A stretch of 64,000 nt of DNA. It comes from a virus (taxonomy: Duplodnaviria; Heunggongvirae; Uroviricota; Caudoviricetes). Where the stretch lies: IMG/VR virus record IMGVR_UViG_3300038300_000093, one strand, 5' to 3'. Both the position numbers and the translations under genes were made by a program. The notes below the pieces were generated by a model. It saw only the letters and a program-made list of their open reading frames with translations, made no database searches and was not told where the DNA came from. Every line of letters starts with the position of its first letter. The first letter of the stretch is position 1. Of the stretch, positions 54,485-63,275 are shown in pieces.

Positions 54485-54803
54485 TAGACTTATCCTTCCA
54501 TCTAATTATAGAATTACTCAAAGCTTCTGCTCTTGTCGCGCCAGTACTAGATATACAACATATTCCGCCGTTTACTAATAAACTACAAGAGTAACCATCC
54601 AAATGTGGATTTATCCTAACTTCAGGAGAAGTGTCTAAAGAATCCAATACTTCAAAAGCATGAACAAGATTCTCTAAAGGATTCCAACCAGTGTAAGGCT
54701 TCAATCCTGATATCTCTGTAAGTATCTTAAACTTTCTATTATCTTCCTGACTAACTTCAAGCTCTCTTAGATCTTCTAACATTTCTAGGTTAGACTTTGT
54801 CAT
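54477..54803 (-). CDS. hypothetical protein with MTKSNLEML N-terminus (108 aa)
   Basis: ORF-track ORF. Confidence 0.5.
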   Translation of the reverse strand: MTKSNLEMLEDLRELEVSQEDNRKFKILTEISGLKPYTGWNPLENLVHAFEVLDSLDTSPEVRINPHLDGYSCSLLVNGGICCISSTGATRAEALSNSIIRWKDKSND

Positions 54804-55054
54804 ATCTCTTCCTTATCGTAAATTTCTAAATAATCTCTACTTGCTAGAAGATCTAACCTATCAAAGTAACTCTTCATCGTTGACCACCAAGAAGGATCTC
54901 CAAGACGCCAACCACTCCACGCCTTTAATATATCATCATGAGTCATTTCATTTATATCATTGTCATAATTTTTATCAAAAACATCATTAGCTCCCTTTCT
55001 CTGACGGATGTCTCCAAGGATTCCCAATTCATCTAGCTTCTCTATATTAGTCAT
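54800..55054 (-). CDS. hypothetical protein ending ..YLEIYDKEEI (84 aa)
   Basis: C-terminal motif family. Confidence 0.5.
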   Translation of the reverse strand: MTNIEKLDELGILGDIRQRKGANDVFDKNYDNDINEMTHDDILKAWSGWRLGDPSWWSTMKSYFDRLDLLASRDYLEIYDKEEI

Positions 55055-55065
55055 ATCAACTTTTC

Positions 55066-55380
55066 TTATTTTTTTATCTCGAACTTCTGATCCAATCTCA
55101 GCTTTCTAAAATCCTTCTTCTTTTCAAATTTTTGATCCAACCTCAGCCTTCCAAACTTTTTAAATCTCAGCTTTCCAAGATCTTCTGCGATAAATACTTG
55201 TCCAACACCCTGAAGTGTAAGCTTTTTATACTTTGAGAGATCTAAGAATATATTCTTAGATATATTCATTTTAAACTCAGCAGGGCCTTCCATTTGTGGT
55301 TCTGGCCCTCTGTCTAGCAATTGACCAAACGCTGATGTCGTCATCAGAATCAAGGTAATTATAACAATCTTCGTTTTCAT
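55066..55380 (-). CDS. secreted basic protein (104 aa)
   Basis: Signal peptide MKTKIVIITLILMTTSAFGQ; repeated KLRLDQKFE segment. Confidence 0.55.
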   Translation of the reverse strand: MKTKIVIITLILMTTSAFGQLLDRGPEPQMEGPAEFKMNISKNIFLDLSKYKKLTLQGVGQVFIAEDLGKLRFKKFGRLRLDQKFEKKKDFRKLRLDQKFEIKK

Positions 55381-55421
55381 AGTTTTTCCTTTGTTTAGAA
55401 TTATAACTTATACCGTTAAAC

Positions 55422-56273
55422 TTAAATTGCAACATCACCTTTGATACTTTCATGACTTTTATAATTACATACTTCAAAATTAGTATATTCCCAGTTAAAT
55501 ATGTCAACAGGATCTTTGAACTTCACTGTTGGAAGGTCATATGGAGTGTTGCTTAATTGTTGTCTACACTGATCAATGTGATTCTCATAGATGTGAGTGT
55601 CACAGAGGACTCCTGACAGCGTTCCTGCCTTCATTCCAACATGGGCACATATAATCTCTAGAAGCGCGGCATACGAAGCGACATTGAAAGGAATTCCTAA
55701 GAAAAAATCACAACTACGCTGGAACCATGTTAAATGTAGCTTTCCATTGATATGTTGTACATTGAATCCAAGATGGCATGCTGGCAAAGCTTGTTGATAC
55801 TTCTGCAATGGATTCCATGCAAAGCATAACATCCTTCTGTCATTTGGATTTGTTTGAAGTGTGTTTATAATGTTGGCAAGTTGATCATAACTTTCAGAAC
55901 TTGGAGGCAGAGCTTCTTTGTTAGGCTTCCCATTGACATACTCTTGATTGAACCTGCGCCATTGCATACCATAAATAGCCCCAAGATCATCTTTATCATC
56001 TGACACTGGATTAGACCACTCATTCCAAATTCTACACTTGCGCTCTTGATACCATTCCTTTGATGTTATTCCCTTTAAGAAACCTTCCAATTCAACTAGA
56101 ATTGCTCTAGTATACATCTTCTTTGATGTTAGAAGCGGAAATCCTTTAGACATATCATGTTGAAGCATGACTGTTGGTATTACAAGAGTATCTATCCCTG
56201 TTCTGTTTGACTTTCTTTCACCATTCTCAAGGATGTTTTCCATTACGCTAAGATACTGCTGTTCAATATTCAT
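55422..56273 (-). CDS. thymidylate synthase family enzyme (ThyA-type dUMP methylase or dUMP hydroxymethylase)
   Basis: Near-collinear with E. coli ThyA. Conserved segments: NRTGIDT (substrate-binding Arg), AIYGMQWRRF, LPACH (catalytic Cys), FQRSCDFFLGIPFNVASYAALLEII (Asn in PFN implies dUMP rather than dCMP), and C-terminal VAI. Confidence 0.8.
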   Translation of the reverse strand: MNIEQQYLSVMENILENGERKSNRTGIDTLVIPTVMLQHDMSKGFPLLTSKKMYTRAILVELEGFLKGITSKEWYQERKCRIWNEWSNPVSDDKDDLGAIYGMQWRRFNQEYVNGKPNKEALPPSSESYDQLANIINTLQTNPNDRRMLCFAWNPLQKYQQALPACHLGFNVQHINGKLHLTWFQRSCDFFLGIPFNVASYAALLEIICAHVGMKAGTLSGVLCDTHIYENHIDQCRQQLSNTPYDLPTVKFKDPVDIFNWEYTNFEVCNYKSHESIKGDVAI

Positions 56274-56324
56274 TTAGAACCTCTTTATATTATAATTTAA
56301 AATTATCTGTAAGCTATAATACAA

Positions 56325-56747
56325 TCAAGATTCCAATTCTTTTGAATAAATCCTTAATAAGTTTTCTTTATGCGTCATTCTAGAATATTTATTCAAAATA
56401 CAGTAAAGTAATTCCTCAGTATCGAATTCTCCATCAACAAACCCAATAAACATCCACTTTAGCAATCCTTCAATCTCAAATGAATCCTTTTTAACAAATG
56501 CATCTCCGATATGGTAAGTGACTAAAAGATCGTCTTTGATCTCTTTTATTCTCAATGGATAAAATTCTTTCTCCTCATAACGACAGAAAGACTCATCTTC
56601 CGATTCCGATTCATACATCATATTTACTTTTAGAGGATGTTCAATTAGTATTTCTTTAATCCTATTCAATATTTCTTTTCTGTTTGTAGGACTTTTAACA
56701 GGACAGGAAATGAGGACAGGATTATCGAGTTGAGGCTTTCTTTTCAT
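56325..56747 (-). CDS. hypothetical protein (140 aa)
   Basis: ORF-track ORF. Confidence 0.5.
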   Translation of the reverse strand: MKRKPQLDNPVLISCPVKSPTNRKEILNRIKEILIEHPLKVNMMYESESEDESFCRYEEKEFYPLRIKEIKDDLLVTYHIGDAFVKKDSFEIEGLLKWMFIGFVDGEFDTEELLYCILNKYSRMTHKENLLRIYSKELES

Positions 56748-56865
56748 TTTCTTATTCTTACTTTTTTCATTTTGTCAATTGTATCGTCACATCCCTTCAT
56801 ATAACCAATCTTATACCCGTGGGAATATCCACAAAATGCAAAAACAATTCCAAATATCAACACTA

Positions 56866-57303
56866 CTATTTCTTCCATAATCCAGTACCATCTGAAACAT
56901 TACACTCTGCATTGGGACAGAAAGATCCAATACCTGGAGCACTCCCCAAAGCCGTATCACATTTATAGCAAACAAAGGCATACAATCTCGCTTTGAGCTT
57001 ATCGTTATCCTCTATATGCACTAAACATCTTTGTGAACACCTATAATGAGCCTTATCCATTGTTGCTAACTCTTTTGTCAATTCAGCCTTTTCCTCAAGC
57101 AACTTGTTTTTTTCTTTTTCAAGTTCTTCCTCTCGTGGCCTTGTATTCCATCCATCTTCATGATTAAATGTCGCTCCATCTTCAAACATTGTTCCGCAAT
57201 GCATACATGACACTTGATTAGAATATCGACCAGTTCCTTTTCGTACAAATTCAGCTTCCCCGTTGCAGAAAGGACATTTTTTCAATTCACTCATTTTTAT
57301 CAC
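56866..57303 (-). CDS. Lar-family restriction-alleviation-like zinc-ribbon protein with a C-terminal extension
   Basis: N-terminus LKKCPFCNGEAEF ... SCMHCGTMFEDG ... WNTRP matches the Lar pattern (CPFCGG.a ... C..CGa ... WNrR). A second Cys cluster lies at the C-terminus. Confidence 0.55.
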   Translation of the reverse strand: MIKMSELKKCPFCNGEAEFVRKGTGRYSNQVSCMHCGTMFEDGATFNHEDGWNTRPREEELEKEKNKLLEEKAELTKELATMDKAHYRCSQRCLVHIEDNDKLKARLYAFVCYKCDTALGSAPGIGSFCPNAECNVSDGTGLWKK

Positions 57304-57443
57304 TTATAGTGTTTTTAATAGCTTTCATAAGTCTAATCACTTCATCACAAAGTTCTAAGTCTTCTTTTAAGTTGCTATTGAATATTTTAACGTCTTTTAT
57401 ATCGTCTAATTTCTTAGCAGTGAAATCATCAATAGCTGGTTTA

Positions 57444-58025
57444 TTATTTAGCATCTTCAACGATCTCCTTTAGATTGTATTTGAATTTGAGATCATCCAT
57501 GTGAAGAACTGTGTCTGTCCCTTTGATATAAACATTATGAAAGTTTTTATAGCTTCTATCTCTAACTTCTATTTCAATTTCTTCTCCTTCATAATGAGGA
57601 TTCTTCAATGGCTGTCCTACATATTCAAGTTGATATCCATCTCCCCAGTCCTTCTCCAAATCAACAATATGCATGCCGATGTCACCTGAATCTTCTACTA
57701 TTAGGGATACAACATGATCTTTCACTCTTTTATAACTTTCTTGAGACAACCATGAATATCTTTTATCGGATTTTCTTGCTCGTTGTTCTGAAACTCCTAC
57801 AAAATCATCATTCAAGAATATTACAGTGCATCCTACGTGTGTATCAGTACAAATCCATTTTTGGAAATAGTAGCTCTTTATTTTAAACTCATCATCATCA
57901 TCATTGTAATTACACCAGCCCAATCCAAATTCTTCGCCAAATTCTTGTATGTCAATCCACACTGAGTTCTTTTCGGATTTATCAACTCTTTGAGCTATTT
58001 CTTTGATATTCATTTTAATGTCCAT
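57444..58025 (-). CDS. hypothetical protein (193 aa)
   Basis: ORF-track ORF. Confidence 0.55.
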   Translation of the reverse strand: MDIKMNIKEIAQRVDKSEKNSVWIDIQEFGEEFGLGWCNYNDDDDEFKIKSYYFQKWICTDTHVGCTVIFLNDDFVGVSEQRARKSDKRYSWLSQESYKRVKDHVVSLIVEDSGDIGMHIVDLEKDWGDGYQLEYVGQPLKNPHYEGEEIEIEVRDRSYKNFHNVYIKGTDTVLHMDDLKFKYNLKEIVEDAK

Positions 58026-58078
58026 TTATTAATTTTATGATTTACTAATAACATAAAATTAATTTTATTCAAGCTCAT

Positions 58079-58636
58079 TTAAAGAATAAAACCGTCAAAC
58101 GGAGGAGAATCCCATTTATCATTTTCTTCTTCACATCTTTCATCGCAAACACCACCCATCTCTATAGATGAGCATAATTCTTTAAAGAAACTCTTATTTG
58201 ACAATTTCATTCTCTTAGCAATTGAGGTTAGAGCATCCCATTCTTCCAGTAAAAATGGTAAGCTTACATTCATTACTCCTTTATGGCATTTTTTATTTAC
58301 TCTTATAGAACTCTTTAAACTATTTTCTATATTAAGCAATCTATCTTCCATCTTCTGAGAAGCTCCTAAAGTGTAAATGCAAAAAACCTCTTCATCGGCA
58401 ATATAAGCACTTACAAAATCGTTACAATTATTAAATCTAAGATCTATATCGCCATAGAATACTCTTACTGATTCTTTATCTCTGGATAATTCAAACGATG
58501 TAAATTTATATTCTTTGATATAAGTAGGTCTAGGACTCCTATTTATAGTATCCTGTATGTTATTGTTGTAGAAATAATATTCTAACTTAATAGTATTATT
58601 TCTACACATTTTTATTACTTCATCGACCCAATTCAT
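58079..58636 (-). CDS. hypothetical protein (185 aa)
   Basis: ORF-track ORF. Confidence 0.55.
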   Translation of the reverse strand: MNWVDEVIKMCRNNTIKLEYYFYNNNIQDTINRSPRPTYIKEYKFTSFELSRDKESVRVFYGDIDLRFNNCNDFVSAYIADEEVFCIYTLGASQKMEDRLLNIENSLKSSIRVNKKCHKGVMNVSLPFLLEEWDALTSIAKRMKLSNKSFFKELCSSIEMGGVCDERCEEENDKWDSPPFDGFIL

Positions 58637-59091
58637 TATAGTCTAACTTTGTTTAAAACTGCCAATGAATTTTTAGGTGCATGAATAATTATAAAGTTAT
58701 CTAACTCAAGTATTTTCTCCTCTAAAGATAAACGCTTGATACGAATATCCTTAAATTTATCAAGAACAAAATAAAGCATGCCAAGAAAAAAACAAAATGA
58801 CACTTCGGAATACTCCATAATCGCAAAAGTACAAAAACAAACAGCCAACACTCCAAACACTACAGCTAGAAACTTATGTAACAACATTTGTTGCATAATA
58901 AATCTCAATCTTTCATTGCAAAATACCACATAATCACTCTTTTGCTTATCTGTCATATCTGCATCATCACAAGGCAAAGAATATGTAGTAGTGCAAGCGT
59001 ATGAGTAATCTACTCTATCTCCATCTCTTAATCCTCCCAAACCACCATCATCTCCACAATAAGGGCTCATAATTTCTCCTTTTGATCCCAA
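58636..59091 (-). CDS. membrane protein (151 aa)
   Basis: Two hydrophobic helices (LAVVFGVLAVCFCTFAI, FCFFLGMLYFVL). Confidence 0.5.
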   Translation of the reverse strand: MGSKGEIMSPYCGDDGGLGGLRDGDRVDYSYACTTTYSLPCDDADMTDKQKSDYVVFCNERLRFIMQQMLLHKFLAVVFGVLAVCFCTFAIMEYSEVSFCFFLGMLYFVLDKFKDIRIKRLSLEEKILELDNFIIIHAPKNSLAVLNKVRL

Positions 59092-59129
59092 ACAATCAAT
59101 AAGTGTTTGGGAATATAATTTGTCAAAGT

Positions 59130-59390
59130 TTAATTTCTATTTAATTTCTCATAGTTTAACTCAAGACTCCATAAAAATATGTCGTTCCTAGTACCAATCA
59201 TATCGTGCTCAGCATCTATTGATCCTTCACACCAACTGCAAGGAGGATGGCTTGTTGCACTACAATGACAACTTCCATCTCTATTTCCTTCACAGCTATA
59301 TGAGCAAAAACCCGGATAAACATCATCTTCTACTTCATCTGTGCAATAGAAGTCATCACAGTAAACACATAGAGCATATTCTTTACTCAT
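59130..59390 (-). CDS. Cys-rich protein (86 aa)
   Basis: More than 10 Cys, e.g. CVYCDDFYC...CSYSCEGNRDGSCHC...CSWC. Confidence 0.5.
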   Translation of the reverse strand: MSKEYALCVYCDDFYCTDEVEDDVYPGFCSYSCEGNRDGSCHCSATSHPPCSWCEGSIDAEHDMIGTRNDIFLWSLELNYEKLNRN

Positions 59391-59394
59391 AACT

Positions 59395-59610
59395 TCACTT
59401 TATGATAATCTCGAACTGCAAACTGGATGGGCCATAAGACTGAAAATTAATTGACATTTGAGCTTTCCCGTTCATATACTGAATCTCCTCATCCCCTGTC
59501 ATTTCATCCCTTAAGTGTTGAAAGAGTGCTTTCTTAACTTCATCGACTTCAAGATTAAAAGTCATTGCTTTTTTGTTTCCAACTAAAATCTTATTCATTC
59601 CAATTCCCAT
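59395..59610 (-). CDS. hypothetical protein (71 aa)
   Basis: ORF-track ORF. Confidence 0.45.
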   Translation of the reverse strand: MGIGMNKILVGNKKAMTFNLEVDEVKKALFQHLRDEMTGDEEIQYMNGKAQMSINFQSYGPSSLQFEIIIK

Positions 59611-59725
59611 CTGTGTTGTCTTTTTTTAGGTTAGCTGAAAGGATAGGGATTGAACCTATTCATATGATAAAGAGCTACTTTACCATACTCTCTCCACTAG
59701 AGCCGATCAATGTGTTTATATTACT

Positions 59726-59941
59726 CTATATATCTTTAAATTCAAGATGGTCTTCCATCATACTTATTACTTTTTCCCTTTCTGGAACAGTCGCATTCAT
59801 ACCATCCCAAGCAGCATCTATTTCTTTAATTTCGTATTCGTTTAACTCAAATCTAAGTATTTCATTCTCAAGGTTAATTTGTTGATTAAGTATAATTAAA
59901 TTTGCTAAAGCATTTTCCAATTCTTCTCTATTTAAAGACAT
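59726..59941 (-). CDS. hypothetical protein (71 aa)
   Basis: ORF-track ORF. Confidence 0.45.
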   Translation of the reverse strand: MSLNREELENALANLIILNQQINLENEILRFELNEYEIKEIDAAWDGMNATVPEREKVISMMEDHLEFKDI

Positions 59942-59944
59942 TCT

Positions 59945-60220
59945 TTAATCCTCATATTCTTCTTTCCGCTCTATTTTTAAATAGCCTCTTTTATCTTCTG
60001 TTGTTAAATCAAATGCATCTTGATAATTAATTAGAATGGAAGAATACCAAGATACATGATTTGTAGGCATGAAGCTAATACTCTGATCGAAGATTAATAT
60101 GTGTTTGTTTATTTTTAAAACATTATTACAACCACTAACCCACTTATATTCTAAGTCTAACAATAAATTCTGTAAAATTATTGACTCTGATTTAGTTACA
60201 ACTGATGCCCATCTCTTCAT
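59945..60220 (-). CDS. hypothetical protein (91 aa)
   Basis: ORF-track ORF. Confidence 0.45.
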   Translation of the reverse strand: MKRWASVVTKSESIILQNLLLDLEYKWVSGCNNVLKINKHILIFDQSISFMPTNHVSWYSSILINYQDAFDLTTEDKRGYLKIERKEEYED

Positions 60221-60510
60221 TTTCTTCCATAGAAGGTGTAGTTTAATAGTTCCGAATCTTCTTCTCTGGAATCTTTATTTAAAGATACAGACTTGCCATA
60301 AGCAGTTAATTTATGTTTAACACAAATGCCAGAACCATATTCATCAAACTTATCTAAATCCTCTATGGAAACAAATCCTGCTGAAATGACATCTTCTCTG
60401 CCGCAAATTCTATTTGCTATCGTAAAATGTTGGAAATTTGATCCAAATATAACTGGAGTTTCATTGCCATATTTATCTTTAACTACTATGTATTTAACTT
60501 CTCTGCTCAT
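60217..60510 (-). CDS. hypothetical protein (97 aa)
   Basis: ORF-track ORF. Confidence 0.5.
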   Translation of the reverse strand: MSREVKYIVVKDKYGNETPVIFGSNFQHFTIANRICGREDVISAGFVSIEDLDKFDEYGSGICVKHKLTAYGKSVSLNKDSREEDSELLNYTFYGRK

Positions 60511-60520
60511 ATCGTTTTCC

Positions 60521-60775
60521 TTAATCTACAAAATATTTACTTTCGACAAAATACTCTTTGTTATTCTCATCAGTTATCTTTAAAACAATTGTTCCATCGT
60601 CTTCTATGTATGTGTCACTATACAGCTGACTTCCCCTCTTGATAACCTCTTGAATAACTATCGAATGTATAAAATCATCCAATTCTTCCTTAGGAATATT
60701 TTTATTCCCAACTTCAACAAAGTTTTTACTGCGAGGCTTCTTTTCCTTAAAGAAAGACCTGATGAACTTGAACAT
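60521..60775 (-). CDS. hypothetical protein (84 aa)
   Basis: ORF-track ORF. Confidence 0.5.
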   Translation of the reverse strand: MFKFIRSFFKEKKPRSKNFVEVGNKNIPKEELDDFIHSIVIQEVIKRGSQLYSDTYIEDDGTIVLKITDENNKEYFVESKYFVD

Positions 60776-60791
60776 TTATAAAATCCTTTTA

Positions 60792-61052
60792 TTAATCAAC
60801 CGTAATGTATTGTTCGTCAATGTAATAATTTATTATATTATCAACATTCCTAATTTTTATAAGAGATTTACTAAAAGTAAATATATTTCCTGTAAACTTC
60901 CCAGCTACTACTTGTCGCATCTTGATTGATGAATTAGTTTCTTTGATCGTTCCAGTGTAAAGATAAGTTCCACCAATACTGGAAACTACAAGCCTTACGG
61001 TTTTTTCCTTGATCTTCAAAAGTCTTCTCATTGTTTTTATAATCTTTTTCAT
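60792..61052 (-). CDS. hypothetical protein (86 aa)
   Basis: ORF-track ORF. Confidence 0.5.
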   Translation of the reverse strand: MKKIIKTMRRLLKIKEKTVRLVVSSIGGTYLYTGTIKETNSSIKMRQVVAGKFTGNIFTFSKSLIKIRNVDNIINYYIDEQYITVD

Positions 61053-61113
61053 CGCCTTTATCCTTTGTTTTAATTTAACTTAATATAAAAAAGGATACTT
61101 TCAAGTCGTTATA

Positions 61114-61491
61114 CTATAATAATTGTAACTTTTTAGTCAGTTTGTTGAGAGTTTCTATATCTTCCTCGGTATAAACTGGGCCTAATGCCATAACTGTTGG
61201 AGTTCCGGCTGTTACTTCCGTTCTTCCCCCATCAACTTGAACAGAACAAGGAATATCAACTTCTTTTGCCTTTGCAACTAACTTATATAGATTCTTTTCA
61301 CTCTTCACATAACAAGTAATACAAACATGGCCATCGTCAACATCGTCACCATAAGGCTTTAAATCAGGATTTCTCCTTAGAGCATGAATAACTTGTGCCG
61401 CTGTCTTACCGATTGACATATTTAAATCTTTTCTAACTACTAAAACTAACTTACTCTTTAATTCTCTCATCGATCTATTTCCTTGAATCAT
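61114..61491 (-). CDS. peptidyl-tRNA hydrolase, PTH2 family
   Basis: KLVLVVRKDLNMSIGKTAAQVIHA ... VQVDGGRTEVTAGTPTVMALGP matches PTH2 (KMVLVVRTDL.MGKGKIAAQCSHA ... DAGRTQIAPGS.TVLGIGP). Overlaps the upstream RNA ligase gene by 17 nt. Confidence 0.75.
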   Translation of the reverse strand: MIQGNRSMRELKSKLVLVVRKDLNMSIGKTAAQVIHALRRNPDLKPYGDDVDDGHVCITCYVKSEKNLYKLVAKAKEVDIPCSVQVDGGRTEVTAGTPTVMALGPVYTEEDIETLNKLTKKLQLL

Positions 61492-62458
61492 AATCCATAT
61501 TGATAATCTTAAATGAATCTTCTTCAGTATTTATAACCACTCCTTCAAAACTCTGTCCGTTTAGCTTTTTAGGTGTTAAATATCTGTCGATAAGTTCTTG
61601 ATTAAATTCTACACCCTTTTCAATCATTGGAACCGTTTTCATATTTAATGATTTGGCAACCTCAAAAATGTAATACTTTGACTCAGTACGCTCATATTTC
61701 ATCTCATCAAAGTTAAATACTGAATAAAGAGCTAGATCTATCTTGAGTTTGCTATGAGGATTGTTAGAACTATTCTGTAGTCCTTGACCATACACTTCAC
61801 CACGAATAGCCAAAGAAACATCATTCTCTATACAGAAAGATTTCAATACATTTTCAACGTCATACACTTTGTTATGCACAGTGTAGATGTTTTCCTTATC
61901 AACATCAAAATCAACAGAGCGGCCAGTAATGCCGAATCTAAAGCCATCTGGCTCATTTTCATCTCTAATGCAGTAAGCCGTCCAACTCGATCCATCAATC
62001 TTAAGTGTTACATCAACCTTTTTACCAAAGTACTTACTTATATCGATATTTTGAAACATGATCTCGTCAGTCTTAGGAAGATTTACTGGAAGGCCTCCAA
62101 CTCCGCCATAAACTTGAGATACCGGAGCTATATATTTTGTAATTCCAAGAGAACTTACATCATCACCGACATTAAAAGAATCATCCAATCCAACGTCTTC
62201 CAAACTAACAACAATTCCAAATGACCAAATTCCACGAAGCTTTTGAGCCTTAACACGCTTTTTATTAAACTTCTTATAGAATTCAGCCCAAGGGGATTCT
62301 GGGAGGACAGTGTCTGGATAAATAAATAATACTTTATCACCGACTTTAAATGCTCCGCGAGATACGATTGCAGGAAATCCCTTGACTTTAACAATGTCTA
62401 AGCGATCTGCATTTGAATGAGTAGTTACTTCTTTGATTAATTCTATTTCAGCTAACAT
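61475..62458 (-). CDS. ATP-dependent RNA ligase-like nucleotidyltransferase fused to an N-terminal tRNA-binding (Myf/EMAP-type) OB-fold domain
   Basis: N-terminus HSNADRLDIVKVKGFPAIVSRGAFKVGDKVLFIYPDTVLPE resembles the tRNA-binding OB domain (HPnADkL.v..vd.G...iVcGA.n...G..v..A.pGavLp). Ligase motifs follow: I TLKIDGSS (KxDG), IRGEVYGQG, IV FEGVVI, V SFKIIN. Confidence 0.65.
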   Translation of the reverse strand: MLAEIELIKEVTTHSNADRLDIVKVKGFPAIVSRGAFKVGDKVLFIYPDTVLPESPWAEFYKKFNKKRVKAQKLRGIWSFGIVVSLEDVGLDDSFNVGDDVSSLGITKYIAPVSQVYGGVGGLPVNLPKTDEIMFQNIDISKYFGKKVDVTLKIDGSSWTAYCIRDENEPDGFRFGITGRSVDFDVDKENIYTVHNKVYDVENVLKSFCIENDVSLAIRGEVYGQGLQNSSNNPHSKLKIDLALYSVFNFDEMKYERTESKYYIFEVAKSLNMKTVPMIEKGVEFNQELIDRYLTPKKLNGQSFEGVVINTEEDSFKIINMDYDSRK

Positions 62459-62507
62459 TATAAATTCCTTTTTGTTTTACTTAAACTTAAAGCAAAAAAT
62501 GAATTTG

Positions 62508-62906
62508 TCAAGATGGAAAAGAATTAATTTTTGATGCTTCTTTGAGGACTGTTAGAATTTTTCTTTGCTTTTCTTTTTCTTCAATATCTTCACTGACCAA
62601 CAGATCCAGCTCTTTATATATTTCTTCTGGCAAGTTTTCAAAGTATCCTGCAATTTTATTTTTTATATCGAACTTTTCTTTCTTTTGTTCTTCTTTATAT
62701 TCGATCCACTCCTCAAGAGTTTCTTTTGTATCCAAGATGCATTGATCTAATCTAAACCACATACTCCCTTCACAACGAACCCAAACTTTCTCTTGGCATG
62801 TTATTTTTACTTCTGTAATTTTCCAAGGAGCTGGATTAGCACAAGTGATCGGATGATCTTTTGGAGCGCAATATTGGCCCTCTAGGTATTTGACATTTAC
62901 ATTCAT
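62508..62906 (-). CDS. hypothetical protein (132 aa)
   Basis: ORF-track ORF. Confidence 0.5.
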   Translation of the reverse strand: MNVNVKYLEGQYCAPKDHPITCANPAPWKITEVKITCQEKVWVRCEGSMWFRLDQCILDTKETLEEWIEYKEEQKKEKFDIKNKIAGYFENLPEEIYKELDLLVSEDIEEKEKQRKILTVLKEASKINSFPS

Positions 62907-63014
62907 GTTTATTCTCGTTAATAATTAAAAAACTTCTTCTTCTCGTTAATTTCTTTAACATACTTACAAAAACGATAAAGTCAATCTCTGCAGAAGAAGA
63001 AGTTTAATTATTAA

Positions 63015-63221
63015 TTACATGAATGGATTTCCGTCAGCGTCGTGTGTTATTGTTACTATTTCATACATATTATGCATGATAACAAACACGGACAATAAGC
63101 CAAAGCTTAATATGGTTACTAACAATTGAATAATCCCTTCTCTGTTGTATCCTGCTACGAAATTATGTACTCCAAAAATTCCAACAAGCAGAGCTAACAT
63201 TATATATAAGAATCGTGACAT
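63015..63221 (-). CDS. TM2-domain membrane protein (68 aa)
   Basis: LLVGIFGVHNFVAGYNREGIIQLLVTI matches the TM2 signature (G.fG.hrFYlG....G..QLl) with two transmembrane helices. Confidence 0.55.
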   Translation of the reverse strand: MSRFLYIMLALLVGIFGVHNFVAGYNREGIIQLLVTILSFGLLSVFVIMHNMYEIVTITHDADGNPFM

Positions 63222-63275
63222 TTTTGATTATCCTTTTTTATATAACAAACTACTATAGAAGGATTTATCGAATTA

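Noticed and set aside
59625-59720. tRNA-like T-arm (ATAGG-TTCAATC-CCTAT) on the minus strand
   Set aside because: A good 5-bp T-stem with a TTCAATC loop and a possible 7-bp acceptor pairing exist. However, no anticodon arm or D-arm can be folded, and the element would be only about 61 nt, too short for a tRNA.
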